A stretch of DNA of 64,000 nt from Chloroflexota bacterium. Its GTDB lineage: Bacteria > Chloroflexota > Limnocylindria > Limnocylindrales > CSP1-4. Of the stretch, positions 1-9,121 are shown one piece after another. The position numbers and the translations under genes are program-made. Each line of letters begins with the position of its first letter. The stretch's first letter is position 1. Location: the NCBI GenBank assembly GCA_003141245.1, contig PLLE01000041.1:175329-239328 (forward strand), given 5' to 3'. The notes beneath the pieces were generated by a model. It was not told where the DNA came from. It worked only from the letters and a program-made list of their open reading frames with translations, and did no database searches.

Positions 1-1
1 A

Positions 2-565
2 CGAGCGATCGACTACGGGGTCATCTCGACGTCGTCTCGCCTTACCCTGCCCGAACGCCTCGAGGCGATCTACCTTGCCCTGACGGACCTGATCGAGCTG
101 CATGCCCCGGCGATCGTGGGCGTCGAGCGGCTCTTCTTCACCAAGAACGTCCAGACGGCCTTCGCCGTGGGGCAGGCCCGCGGGGTCGTGCTGCTCGCCG
201 CCGCTCAGCACGACCTGGAGGTGCGCGAAGCCACGCCCAACGAGGTGAAGGTGGCCACCGCCGGCCACGGCGGCGCGGGCAAGGAGCAGGTACAGCGCAT
301 GGTGCAGGTCGTCCTGGGGCTGGCCGAGATGCCGACGCCGGACGACGCGGCTGACGCACTTGCGATCGCGATCTGCGTCGCCAACCGCGAGCGATCGATC
401 AGCCGAATCCCCACAGGGCCGCTCGATCGATCCGCGATCAACCCGGCCCCGAGCGGCCAGACGCCGTACGAGAAGGCCGTTCGCGAGGCACTGCGTCGAG
501 AGCGCCTCGGCCTGGATCCCGCCGGGCACTCGTCGCGCGTGCCCGAACCCAAGACGGGCTCCTGA
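2..565 (+). CDS. ruvC: Holliday junction resolvase RuvC (5-prime partial, runs off window start)
   Basis: The frame is open from base 2. The translation IDYGVISTS...VGVERLFFTKNVQTAFAVGQARGVVLLAAAQ...PDDAADALAIAICVA is a typical RuvC core, and ruvA-ruvB lie directly downstream. Confidence 0.9.
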   Translation, partial: RAIDYGVISTSSRLTLPERLEAIYLALTDLIELHAPAIVGVERLFFTKNVQTAFAVGQARGVVLLAAAQHDLEVREATPNEVKVATAGHGGAGKEQVQRMVQVVLGLAEMPTPDDAADALAIAICVANRERSISRIPTGPLDRSAINPAPSGQTPYEKAVREALRRERLGLDPAGHSSRVPEPKTGS

Positions 566-581
566 GCAGGGAGGGGCAGGC

Positions 582-1178
582 ATGATCGCCTCGCTCGACG
601 GCAACGTGGGGGCCGTCTTCGCCGACTCGATGATCCTGGAGGTCGGCGGCGTCGGCTATCGCGTCTATTGCGCGCCGGCGGTGCTGACGTCGGCCAGGCC
701 GGGGGAGCGGATGAAGCTCTTCACCCATCACGTCGTCCGGGAGGATCTCCAGGCTCTGTACGGCTTTCGGAACCCCGAGGAACTCGGCTTCTTCGGCCTC
801 CTGCAGACCGTCACCGGCGTCGGCCCGAAGGTCGCGCTGGCGATGGTGGGCTCACGGCCGGTGGGAGACCTTCAGCTGGCGATCCTGTCGGAGGACGCGG
901 CGCTGCTGACGGCGGTGCCGGGAGTCGGAAAGCGACTGGCCGCACGCGTCATCCTGGAACTGAAGGAGAAGGTGGCCGCCGCGGGAATCGCGGCGGGAGC
1001 AGCTGCCGGGGGCGGTCCCGGGGCGGGTGAGTCGGAGGTGATTGCCGCGCTCCTGGCGCTCGGCTATTCCGCCGGCGAGGCCCGTCAGGCCTCCCGCGAC
1101 GCGCTCATGGATCCAGCCATCGGCCCGCGTCTGGAGGATCGCGTCAAGGCTGCCCTCCGGACGTTGCTGAGGGGGTAG
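582..1178 (+). CDS. ruvA: Holliday junction DNA helicase subunit RuvA
   Basis: ATG at 582 is preceded by GGGAGGGG. MIASLDGNV...EVGGVGYRV...LYGF...ELGFFGLLQTVTGVGPKVALAM matches the RuvA OB plus HhH domains. Confidence 0.92.
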   Translation: MIASLDGNVGAVFADSMILEVGGVGYRVYCAPAVLTSARPGERMKLFTHHVVREDLQALYGFRNPEELGFFGLLQTVTGVGPKVALAMVGSRPVGDLQLAILSEDAALLTAVPGVGKRLAARVILELKEKVAAAGIAAGAAAGGGPGAGESEVIAALLALGYSAGEARQASRDALMDPAIGPRLEDRVKAALRTLLRG

Positions 1179-1196
1179 TTGCACATCGTTTCCGTG

Positions 1197-1213
1197 TAGA
1201 ACGCCCGTTCACT
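1197..1213. promoter_or_regulatory. GAAC-N4-GTTC palindrome (Cheo/LexA-type operator candidate): TAGAACGCCCGTTCACT
   Basis: A perfect GAAC/GTTC inverted repeat lies 4 nt upstream of an extended -10. A 16/17 identical copy is at 20430-20446. Confidence 0.5.
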
Positions 1214-1214
1214 C

Positions 1215-1223
1215 TGATACAAT
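1215..1223 (+). promoter_or_regulatory. Extended -10 promoter element TGATACAAT for ruvB
   Basis: TGnTACAAT sits 23 nt upstream of the ruvB GTG start, inside the 67-nt ruvA-ruvB spacer. Confidence 0.4.
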
Positions 1224-1245
1224 CTGCCAATGACCGAGCGCGCCC

Positions 1246-2334
1246 GTGACTGACATCTCGCGGATCCTGGCACCGAACCTTCAGGAAGAGTCGGAGATCG
1301 TCTTCGACCGGACGCTGCGCCCCCGAACGCTGGACGAGTACATCGGCCAGCGAGAGCTCAAGGCGAACCTCTCGATCCTGCTCGGAGCAGCCCGCCAGAG
1401 AGGGGATGCGGCCGACCACGTCCTTCTCCACGGTCCGCCCGGCCTGGGCAAGACCACACTCGCCACGATCATCGCCCACGAGCTGGGCGCCAACATCCGG
1501 TACGCCAGTGGCCCCGCGATCGAGCGGGCGGGGGACCTCGCCGCCATCCTGACCTCGCTCGACGAGCGCGACGTCCTCTTCATCGACGAGATCCACCGCC
1601 TCAACCGCGCCGTCGAGGAGATCCTGTATCCGGCGATGGAGGACTTCGCCCTGGACGTGATGATCGGCAAGGGGCCATCGGCGCGGTCGTTGCGCCTGAG
1701 CCTGAAGCCGTTCACGCTCGTCGGCGCCACCACGCGTGCGGGCCGTATCTCCAGCCCGCTGCGAGACCGCTTCGGGGCCACGTACCGCCTGGATTTCTAC
1801 GATCTGGCGGATCTCACCGCGATCGTGGAGCGGTCCGCTCGGCTGCTCGGCGTGGAGTTGAGCTCGGACGGAGCCACGACCATCGCCCGGCGGGGGAGGG
1901 GCACGCCGCGCGTCGTGAACCGGCTTCTTCGCCGCGTGCGCGACTACGCCCAGATCCACGGCGACGGGACCGTGGACGCGGCGACGGCGGACAGGGCGCT
2001 TGCCGCGCTCGAGATCGACGACGAGGGCCTGGACGGCACCGATCGTAAGCTCCTGGCCGCGATCGTCCAGAAGTTCGGCAGCGGGCCGGTTGGGGTGCAG
2101 GCACTCGCGGCGGTGCTGGCCGAGGAGCCGGAGACGATCGAGGACGTCTACGAGCCGTTCCTGTTGCGTCTGGGGTTCCTGGACCGCACGCCGCAGGGCC
2201 GTATCGCGACCGACGGCGCGCGTCAGCATCTGGCGCGACTGGGCTACGAGGTTCCGCCGCCGCGCCGAGCTGAGATGGACCAGCCGGCCCTGTGGGATGG
2301 GACGGCCGCCGAGACGGACGACCCCGCCCGCTGA
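1246..2334 (+). CDS. ruvB: Holliday junction branch migration ATPase RuvB
   Basis: [12 protein letters not shown]...[16 protein letters not shown] (Walker A), [11 protein letters not shown] (Walker B) and a RuvB C-terminal winged helix. Confidence 0.95.
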   Translation: MTDISRILAPNLQEESEIVFDRTLRPRTLDEYIGQRELKANLSILLGAARQRGDAADHVLLHGPPGLGKTTLATIIAHELGANIRYASGPAIERAGDLAAILTSLDERDVLFIDEIHRLNRAVEEILYPAMEDFALDVMIGKGPSARSLRLSLKPFTLVGATTRAGRISSPLRDRFGATYRLDFYDLADLTAIVERSARLLGVELSSDGATTIARRGRGTPRVVNRLLRRVRDYAQIHGDGTVDAATADRALAALEIDDEGLDGTDRKLLAAIVQKFGSGPVGVQALAAVLAEEPETIEDVYEPFLLRLGFLDRTPQGRIATDGARQHLARLGYEVPPPRRAEMDQPALWDGTAAETDDPAR

Positions 2335-3530
2335 TGGTCACCGTCCCCGATAGCTCGCCCGTTCATCGCGCCTCTCCCGCCCACTACGAGGTGCTCGTCC
2401 CGCCACCCGCGGACGGCTCCATGCATGCCCGCCTGGGCCGGCTGACGCTGCCCAACGGCGTCGTCGAGACGCCGCAGTTCATGCCTGTGGGCACTAACGC
2501 CACGGTCAAGGCGCTCTCGCCGGACGATCTGCGCGAGGCCGGCGCCAGCATCATCCTCGCCAACACCTACCACCTCTACTTGCGCCCCGGGCACGACCGA
2601 ATCGCCCGTCTGGGCGGCCTGCATCGGTTCATGGCCTGGGACCGGCCGATCCTGACCGACTCGGGCGGCTTTCAGGTAGTTTCGATGGGCGAGCTGCGCA
2701 AGATCGACGACGACGGCGTCACCTTCCAGAGCCACCTCGACGGCTCGTATCACCGCTTCACGCCCGAGCTTTCGATCGCCGTCCAGGAGGCGCTCGGAGC
2801 CGACATCGCCGTCGCCTTCGACCAGCCCGTCCCGCCGGCTTCGTCGACCCGTGAGGCCGTCGCCGAGGCGACCGCCCGGACTCATCGCTGGGCCGAACGC
2901 TCGCTGGCCGCCCACGATCGCCCGGGCCAGGCGCTCTTCGGCATCGTCCAGGGCGGCCTCGACCCGGAGTTGAGGGCCGAGTCCACCCGCTTCATGACCG
3001 GCCTGCCGTTCGACGGAATCTGCATCGGCGGCCTGGCGGGCGACGAAACCGCGGACCAGCGAGCGGCCGCTCTGGAGATTGCCGTCGGGCTGCTGCACGA
3101 CGACCCGCGGCCGCGCTATCTGATGGGCCTGGGTTCGCCCGCTGATCTCCTCGAGGCGGTCGTTCAAGGCATCGACCTGTTCGACTCCGTGCTGCCCGCG
3201 CGGGTCGCCCGCAACGGCCAGCTGTGGGTCCCGGGAGGCCGCCTGAATATGCGCAACGCCCAGTTCGTCGAGGATCCGAGGCCGGTCCAGGAGGGCTGCC
3301 GCTGCCTGCTCTGTCGAAACTTCTCGAGGGCCTACCTGGCGCACCTTTTCCGTGCCGACGAGCTGCTGGCCTATCGCCTCGCGACTTGTCACAACCTGAC
3401 CTTCACCCTAGACTTCATGGCCGAAATCCGCTCCGCGCTACGCTCAGGCACGTTCTCAGAGCGCCTGCCCGAACTTCGGGCTCGCGCTCTCCCGTCAGGG
3501 GCGCGTGCATTGCCAGTGCAGCCGGAGTGA
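2334..3530 (+). CDS. tgt: Queuine tRNA-ribosyltransferase
   Basis: The ATG overlaps the ruvB stop (ATGA). GRLTLPNGVVETPQFMPVGT...ILANTYHLYLRPG...TDSGGFQV, and the Zn motif CxCxxC...H (CRCLLCRNFSRAYLAHL). Confidence 0.93.
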   Translation: MVTVPDSSPVHRASPAHYEVLVPPPADGSMHARLGRLTLPNGVVETPQFMPVGTNATVKALSPDDLREAGASIILANTYHLYLRPGHDRIARLGGLHRFMAWDRPILTDSGGFQVVSMGELRKIDDDGVTFQSHLDGSYHRFTPELSIAVQEALGADIAVAFDQPVPPASSTREAVAEATARTHRWAERSLAAHDRPGQALFGIVQGGLDPELRAESTRFMTGLPFDGICIGGLAGDETADQRAAALEIAVGLLHDDPRPRYLMGLGSPADLLEAVVQGIDLFDSVLPARVARNGQLWVPGGRLNMRNAQFVEDPRPVQEGCRCLLCRNFSRAYLAHLFRADELLAYRLATCHNLTFTLDFMAEIRSALRSGTFSERLPELRARALPSGARALPVQPE

Positions 3531-3570
3531 AGAGCCCACTCGTAACCTGTCGCACGCGGAGGCACACCAT

Positions 3571-3723
3571 ATGGCGAGCCGAGACCGCCCGCACCGCCAA
3601 GAGAAAAAGAAGCCCAAGGATGCGGGACAGAAGACCAAGATCCAGCCGCTGCTCGAGCCGCCGACCAACGTCGAGGTTTGGAAGCCGAAGCGGAAGCCGC
3701 GGACCGAAGAACCCGAGAGCTAA
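3571..3723 (+). CDS. Small Lys/Pro/Arg-rich hypothetical protein (50 aa)
   Basis: ATG at 3571 with GCGGAGG about 9 nt upstream. MASRDRPHRQEKKKPKDAGQKTKIQ... No recognisable family, and it could be non-coding leader of recA. Confidence 0.3.
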   Translation: MASRDRPHRQEKKKPKDAGQKTKIQPLLEPPTNVEVWKPKRKPRTEEPES

Positions 3724-3789
3724 CTCGCGGGCGGACGCCATCCGGCGACCCGTTCCGCTAATCCCGAGAGGACAGGAGCGAGGAGCAAG

Positions 3790-4860
3790 GTGGCGATGAC
3801 CGAGCGAGGGGCCGAGACCCGGGAAACTGCGGCAGAGCGTCCCAGCGAACGCACCAAGGCCGTCGAAGCGGCCATTCTGGCCATCGAGAAGCAGTTCGGG
3901 CGTGGCTCGATCATGCGCCTCGGCTCCGCCGAACGGCAGGCCGTCGACGTCATTTCCACGGGCTCGATCGCCCTCGATCTCGCGCTCGGCGTGGGCGGGA
4001 TCCCGCGCGGCCGAATGACCGAGATCTTCGGCCCCGAGTCGTCGGGCAAGACGACCCTCTGCCAGCACATCCTGGCCGAAGGCCAGCGCAAGGGCGGTGT
4101 CGTCGCCTTCATCGATGTCGAGCATGCCCTCGATCCCGGCTATGCCCGGGCCTGCGGCGTCAACGTCGACGAGCTGCTCGTCAGCCAGCCGGACACCGGC
4201 GAGGACGCACTCCAGATCACCGAAACGCTGATCCGCTCCGGCGGCGTGGACTGCGTGGTCGTGGACTCGGTCGCGGCACTCGTCCCCAAGGCCGAGATCG
4301 AGGGCGAGATCGGCGACTCCTTCGTCGGCATCCAGGCCCGGCTCATGAGCCAGGCTTTGCGCAAGCTCACCGGCGCCGTGAGCCGCTCCAACACGGCCCT
4401 GGTCTTCACCAACCAGCTGCGGGAGAAGATCGGCGTCATGTTCGGCAACCCCGAGGTCACGCCCGGCGGCCGTGCTCTGAAGTTCTACGCCACCGTCCGA
4501 CTGGACATCCGGCGCGTCGAAACGATCAAGGTGGGCACCGAGTCGGTGGGCAACCGGGTCAAAGTGAAGGTCGTCAAGAACAAGGTCGCTCCGCCCTTCC
4601 GCGTGGCCGAGTTCGACATCATGTTCGGCACCGGGATCTCCCGCGAGGGCGGCCTGCTCGACGTCGGTGTCGCCATGAGCATCGTCTCCAAGACCGGTGC
4701 GTGGTTCAACTTTGGCGAGACGCGCCTCGGCCAGGGCCGCGAGGCCGCCAAGGAGTTCCTCAAGGCCAACGCGGACGTCTCGGCCGAGGTCGAGCGCCAG
4801 ATCCGCGGCCAGATGGCCGAGGTTTCACTGCCGGTGGAGGGTATCGAGGAGGCCGAATAG
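3790..4860 (+). CDS. recA: Recombinase RecA
   Basis: [15 protein letters not shown]...[17 protein letters not shown]...VVDSVAAL are canonical RecA motifs. The alternative ATG is at 3796. Confidence 0.97.
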   Translation: MAMTERGAETRETAAERPSERTKAVEAAILAIEKQFGRGSIMRLGSAERQAVDVISTGSIALDLALGVGGIPRGRMTEIFGPESSGKTTLCQHILAEGQRKGGVVAFIDVEHALDPGYARACGVNVDELLVSQPDTGEDALQITETLIRSGGVDCVVVDSVAALVPKAEIEGEIGDSFVGIQARLMSQALRKLTGAVSRSNTALVFTNQLREKIGVMFGNPEVTPGGRALKFYATVRLDIRRVETIKVGTESVGNRVKVKVVKNKVAPPFRVAEFDIMFGTGISREGGLLDVGVAMSIVSKTGAWFNFGETRLGQGREAAKEFLKANADVSAEVERQIRGQMAEVSLPVEGIEEAE

Positions 4861-4866
4861 CCGGCC

Positions 4867-5490
4867 ATGCCCCAAAGACCCGCTCAGGGCCATCGCGAAT
4901 CGTTCCGAGAGCGCCGCGATCGACGCGCCGCGATCGGCGATCCGGACGTTGTGCTCAACGCCGCGGCCCGCTTCCTGGAGGTCAGGCCGCGTTCCGTCGA
5001 CGAAGTCCGGTGGCACCTGACCCAGGCCGGCTATCGGGCCGAGCTTGTGGAGCGGGCCCTCTCGCGATTGACGGAGTTGGGCGTGGTCGACGACGGAGAG
5101 TTTGCGCGCCTGTGGGTCGAGTCCAGGGACCGCGCCCGACCACGCAGCGAGAATGCCCTGCGGCGAGAGCTGGCGCTCAAGGGGATCGACCGGGAACTGG
5201 CCGCGCAGGTGCTCGACGAGAGACGAGGCGGCGGGTCGGACGAGGCCCGCGGCGATGCCGCAACGGCCGATGGCGAGAGGCCGGACCCCGATAATTCCGC
5301 CGCGGATCGGCTCTTGCAGAAGCACGCCCGTACCCTGGCGCGCATCGCCGAGCCGCGCGAACGACGCCAGCGTGCCTACTCTCTGCTGGCCCGTAACGGC
5401 TTCGACCCCGAGGTCTGCCGCGAGGCGACGGCCCGTTTTCTGGCCTCCGCATCTGCCGACGACGACGGCTCGGCGGTCGACGGCGAATAG
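4867..5490 (+). CDS. recX: RecA regulator RecX
   Basis: It lies immediately downstream of recA. AARFLEVRPRSVDEVRWHLTQAGY...LTELGVVDDGEFARLWVESR gives RecX-type three-helix repeats. Confidence 0.85.
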   Translation: MPQRPAQGHRESFRERRDRRAAIGDPDVVLNAAARFLEVRPRSVDEVRWHLTQAGYRAELVERALSRLTELGVVDDGEFARLWVESRDRARPRSENALRRELALKGIDRELAAQVLDERRGGGSDEARGDAATADGERPDPDNSAADRLLQKHARTLARIAEPRERRQRAYSLLARNGFDPEVCREATARFLASASADDDGSAVDGE

Positions 5491-5757
5491 CTGACTGCGC
5501 AACCGGAACGCCACCTGAAACGCGGGGCCGCATTGTCGCGCCTGCTTGGCCCATTTGCGTCAGGCGCCGTAGACTAGCGGCGAGACGAACAACGCGTCGC
5601 CGGTTCGGTGTCCCAACGGTGACGTCAGCTCGAATCACTGACAACGCGGCTCTATTCGACGGTGCCCCGGGAGCGGGCCCGAGCCGGATCGGAGCCGCTC
5701 CAACTAGTTTTCACGGACCTCCGGTCGCGTCATCGACCGGATGGGAGGCAAGTGCAT

Positions 5758-7287
5758 ATGGAAACTGCCCTTGTGGCCACCGCCATCTTGGTGGCTGCCC
5801 TTGTGGGCGTGTGCATCGGCTTCCTGGGTCGCGGTCAGGTCGCCAATCAGGCCGTCAAGAGTGCCCAGGACAAACACGACCGCATCGTCGCCGAGGCGCG
5901 CGCCCAGCAGAAAGAGCTGATCCTCGAGGCCAAAGACGAGAAGCTGCGACTGACGCGCGAGGCCGAGGACGAGGCCCGAGCCAAGAGAGCCGAACTGGCC
6001 GGACTCGAAAGCCGCCTGCTGGCTCGCGACGAGCAGCTGGACCTTCGATCCGACATGCTCGAACAGCGCGACCGAAAGCTGCTCGATCGAGAGCGCGAGC
6101 TGGAGAACGCCCGCCAGGAGCTAGCTCTCGCCCAGCAAGAGCACGTTGCCGCGCTGGAGCGCGTCAGCGGCATGAGTGCCGTTGAGGCCAAGGCTCAGTT
6201 GCTCGAGGCCGTCCGCGATGACGCCGAGCGTGACGGCGTCCGCATCGCCAAGGCGATCGAGAAGGCAGCCCGCGACGAGGCCGACGACCGTGCCCGCGAG
6301 ATCGTCATCACGACGATGCAGCGCATCGCCGCCGATCACACCGCCGAGCATACGGTCAGCGTGATTCATCTTCCCAACGATGAGATGAAGGGCCGCATCA
6401 TCGGCCGTGAGGGCCGCAACATTCGCGCCCTCGAGCAGGCCACAGGAGTGGACCTGATCATCGACGACACGCCCGAAACCGTCGTCATCAGCGCCTTCGA
6501 CCCGGTCCGCCGAGAGGTCGCCCGCCTGGCCCTCACCAAGTTGATGCAGGACGGCCGCATCCATCCCGGTCGGATCGAGGAGGTCGTGGCCAAGGCCCGC
6601 GCCGAGGTCGACCTGGTCATGCGCCAGGCCGGCGAGCAGGCCGTCTACGATGCCGGCATTCCGGCGCTGCCCTCCGAGATCGTCAATCTCCTGGGCCGGC
6701 TCAAGTACCGGACCAGCTACGGCCAGAACGTTCTCGTTCACTCCGTGGAGACAAGCCGCCTGGCCGCGATCATCGCCTCTGAGCTGGGCCTCGACGTTCA
6801 GGCCGCCAAGGTCGGCGGCCTGCTGCACGACATGGGCAAGGCCGTCGACCACGAGGTCGAGGGTCCGCACGCTCAGATCGGCGCCCAGATCGCGGAGCGC
6901 CACAACCTCTCGCCCAAGGTCGTGAACGCCATCGCGGCTCACCACCAGGAGGTCGACTTCGCCTCGATGGAGGCCCCGATCGTCCAGGTCGCCGACGCCA
7001 TCAGCGCGTCTCGGCCGGGCGCACGCGGCGAATCGATGGAAACCTACGTCCGGCGGCTCGAGGACCTGCAGGCGATCGCCGAGAGCTTCGAGGGCGTGGA
7101 CAAGAGCTTTGCCGTGCAGGCCGGCCGCGAGGTTCGAATCCTCGTGCGGCCCGAACAGATCGACGATGTGACGGCGACCCGGCTCGCCCGCGACGTGGCC
7201 AAGAAGATCGAGTCAAGCCTGACCTATCCCGGCCAGATCAAGGTGACGGTTATCCGCGAGACGCGCTCCGTCGAATACGCCAAGTAG
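5758..7287 (+). CDS. rny: Ribonuclease Y
   Basis: ATG at 5758 after GGGAGG. It has an N-terminal TM helix, a long coiled coil, a KH domain ([15 protein letters not shown]) and an HD domain (HSVETSRLA...GLLHDMGK). Confidence 0.93.
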   Translation: METALVATAILVAALVGVCIGFLGRGQVANQAVKSAQDKHDRIVAEARAQQKELILEAKDEKLRLTREAEDEARAKRAELAGLESRLLARDEQLDLRSDMLEQRDRKLLDRERELENARQELALAQQEHVAALERVSGMSAVEAKAQLLEAVRDDAERDGVRIAKAIEKAARDEADDRAREIVITTMQRIAADHTAEHTVSVIHLPNDEMKGRIIGREGRNIRALEQATGVDLIIDDTPETVVISAFDPVRREVARLALTKLMQDGRIHPGRIEEVVAKARAEVDLVMRQAGEQAVYDAGIPALPSEIVNLLGRLKYRTSYGQNVLVHSVETSRLAAIIASELGLDVQAAKVGGLLHDMGKAVDHEVEGPHAQIGAQIAERHNLSPKVVNAIAAHHQEVDFASMEAPIVQVADAISASRPGARGESMETYVRRLEDLQAIAESFEGVDKSFAVQAGREVRILVRPEQIDDVTATRLARDVAKKIESSLTYPGQIKVTVIRETRSVEYAK

Positions 7288-7293
7288 CCCGCA

Positions 7294-8133
7294 GTGTCAG
7301 CCATCACCGGCCCGCCTCTCACGCCCACAGGCGGGCGCGCCTGCCGGATCCTGATGATCGGCGACCTGATCGGCAAGCCCGGCAGGCTGGCCGTCGAGGC
7401 GCTCCTGCCGGAGCTCCGTCACGAACATGAGATCGCGCTTGTCACGGCCAACGGCGAGAACGTGGCCGGCGGGATGGGCCTGACCGCCTCCACCGCCGAT
7501 GCCATGTTCAAGACCGGCATCGACGTCATCACGTCGGGCAACCACATCTGGGACAAGCGCGAGATCTACCAGCAGCTCGAACACGACGAGCGGATCCTGC
7601 GCCCGCACAACTACGGGACGGGCGGAGTGCCCGGTCGAGGCTGGGGCATCTTCCGCGCCGCCGACGGTACCGACGTCGCCGTCCTGAACTTCCAGGGTCG
7701 GACGTACATGACGCCGATCGAAAACCCGTTCACCGAGTTCGACCGACTGGTGGACGAGGCTTCCGAGCCGCTGCCGCCGGTTCGCGTGGTCGACTTCCAC
7801 TGCGAGCTGACCAGCGAGAAGAACGCCTTCGGCATCTACCTGGACGGCCGAGCCAGCGCGGTCGTCGGAACTCACACGCACGTCCCGACGGCGGACGAGC
7901 GGATCATGCCTAAGGGGACGGCCTATCAGACCGACCTCGGCATGTGCGGTCCCGTGCACAGTGTTATCGGCTTCGACCCCGCGACCGTGATCCCGCGCTT
8001 CCTCAACGGCCTCCCGACCCGCTTCGAAGTGGGGACCGGCCCGGTCGTCTTCAACGCCTGCCAGATCGACGTCGACCCGGCGACCGGGCGGGCGCTCGCC
8101 GTCGAGCGGATCCAGCGCATCGTCGAGGTCTAG
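7294..8133 (+). CDS. ymdB: YmdB-family metallophosphoesterase (2',3'-cyclic-nucleotide phosphodiesterase-like)
   Basis: ILMIGDLIGKPGR...ANGENVAGGMGLT...ITSGNHIWDK...DFHCELTSEK, plus the conserved rny-ymdB synteny. The start codon (GTG 7294) is uncertain. Confidence 0.88.
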   Translation: MSAITGPPLTPTGGRACRILMIGDLIGKPGRLAVEALLPELRHEHEIALVTANGENVAGGMGLTASTADAMFKTGIDVITSGNHIWDKREIYQQLEHDERILRPHNYGTGGVPGRGWGIFRAADGTDVAVLNFQGRTYMTPIENPFTEFDRLVDEASEPLPPVRVVDFHCELTSEKNAFGIYLDGRASAVVGTHTHVPTADERIMPKGTAYQTDLGMCGPVHSVIGFDPATVIPRFLNGLPTRFEVGTGPVVFNACQIDVDPATGRALAVERIQRIVEV

Positions 8134-8134
8134 C

Positions 8135-9121
8135 GTGCGCGGCGACACCGGCTCCTTCCGTTACCGGAGGGGCGCCGGCAAGGCGACACAGGGCGAGCCC
8201 GTCGTGCCGCCGCATCCGTCGCGCGTCGACCTCCACACCCATAGCCGGCGCTCCGATGGCGTGTTGGAGCCACTGGAGCTGGTGACCGCCGCCGCCGCCG
8301 CCGGCGTGCAGGTGCTGGCCCTCTCCGACCACGACACCGTGGCCGGAGTGCGCGAGTTGACCGCCTCGGGCCGGCCCCCGCTGCCTCTGGAGCTGCTTTC
8401 GGCGGTCGAGATCAACAGCGTGGCGACCGGCATCTCTCGGCTGTGGGAGGGCGAGCTCCACATCCTGGGGCTCGGCGTGGATCTCCACGACGAGGCTTTC
8501 GAAGCGACGCTGGAGCGCCAGCGCGGGTTCCGAGTGACGCGCTTTCGCCGCATCGTGGATCGCCTGCGGCAGATGGGCTATCCGGTGGACGATCAGGTCG
8601 ACGAGTACCTGGCGGCATCCGGAGCCACGGTCGGGGCCTCGCTCGGGGCCTCGCTCGGTCGGCCGCAGATAGCCCGCTGCCTGGTGGCCGCCCGGTATGC
8701 CTCCACCGTCGACGACGCGATGCAGCGCCTGCTGGGGCGGGGCCGCCCGGCGTACGTGCCGCGCGAGGGGCTCGGACCCACGGAGGCGATCTCCGCGATC
8801 AGGGCGGCCGGCGGCCTGCCCTCGCTGGCCCACTTCGCCGACGCACTCGAGCGGCGCGAGTTGATCGAGGAGCTGGCGAAGGCAGGTCTCGGCGGATTGG
8901 AAGTCCACTACCGCCACTTCGACGCGGATACCGTAGCGGCCCTGGGCGAGGTGGCCCGTGAGCTGCGCCTGGCGCAGACGGGCGGCAGCGACTATCACGG
9001 CGACGCCGAGACGTATGCTGAGGCCCACGCCAGCCTGTACGTGCCCGACGAGGACGCCACGAACCTGTTCGCTCTCCTTGGCCGCCGCCTGACGATCCTC
9101 ACCGGAGCCGCGCTCCGATGA
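8135..9121 (+). CDS. PHP-domain phosphoesterase (TrpH/YciV-like)
   Basis: VDLHTHSRRSDG...LALSDHDTVAG...GGSDYHG are PHP metal-binding motifs. The start is uncertain. Confidence 0.8.
   Translation: MRGDTGSFRYRRGAGKATQGEPVVPPHPSRVDLHTHSRRSDGVLEPLELVTAAAAAGVQVLALSDHDTVAGVRELTASGRPPLPLELLSAVEINSVATGISRLWEGELHILGLGVDLHDEAFEATLERQRGFRVTRFRRIVDRLRQMGYPVDDQVDEYLAASGATVGASLGASLGRPQIARCLVAARYASTVDDAMQRLLGRGRPAYVPREGLGPTEAISAIRAAGGLPSLAHFADALERRELIEELAKAGLGGLEVHYRHFDADTVAALGEVARELRLAQTGGSDYHGDAETYAEAHASLYVPDEDATNLFALLGRRLTILTGAALR

Noticed and set aside
3724-3789. A search for a LexA/Cheo box upstream of recA.
   Set aside because: No GAAC-N4-GTTC or similar palindrome was found by eye in the recA upstream region. 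I therefore make no SOS-box call for recA.
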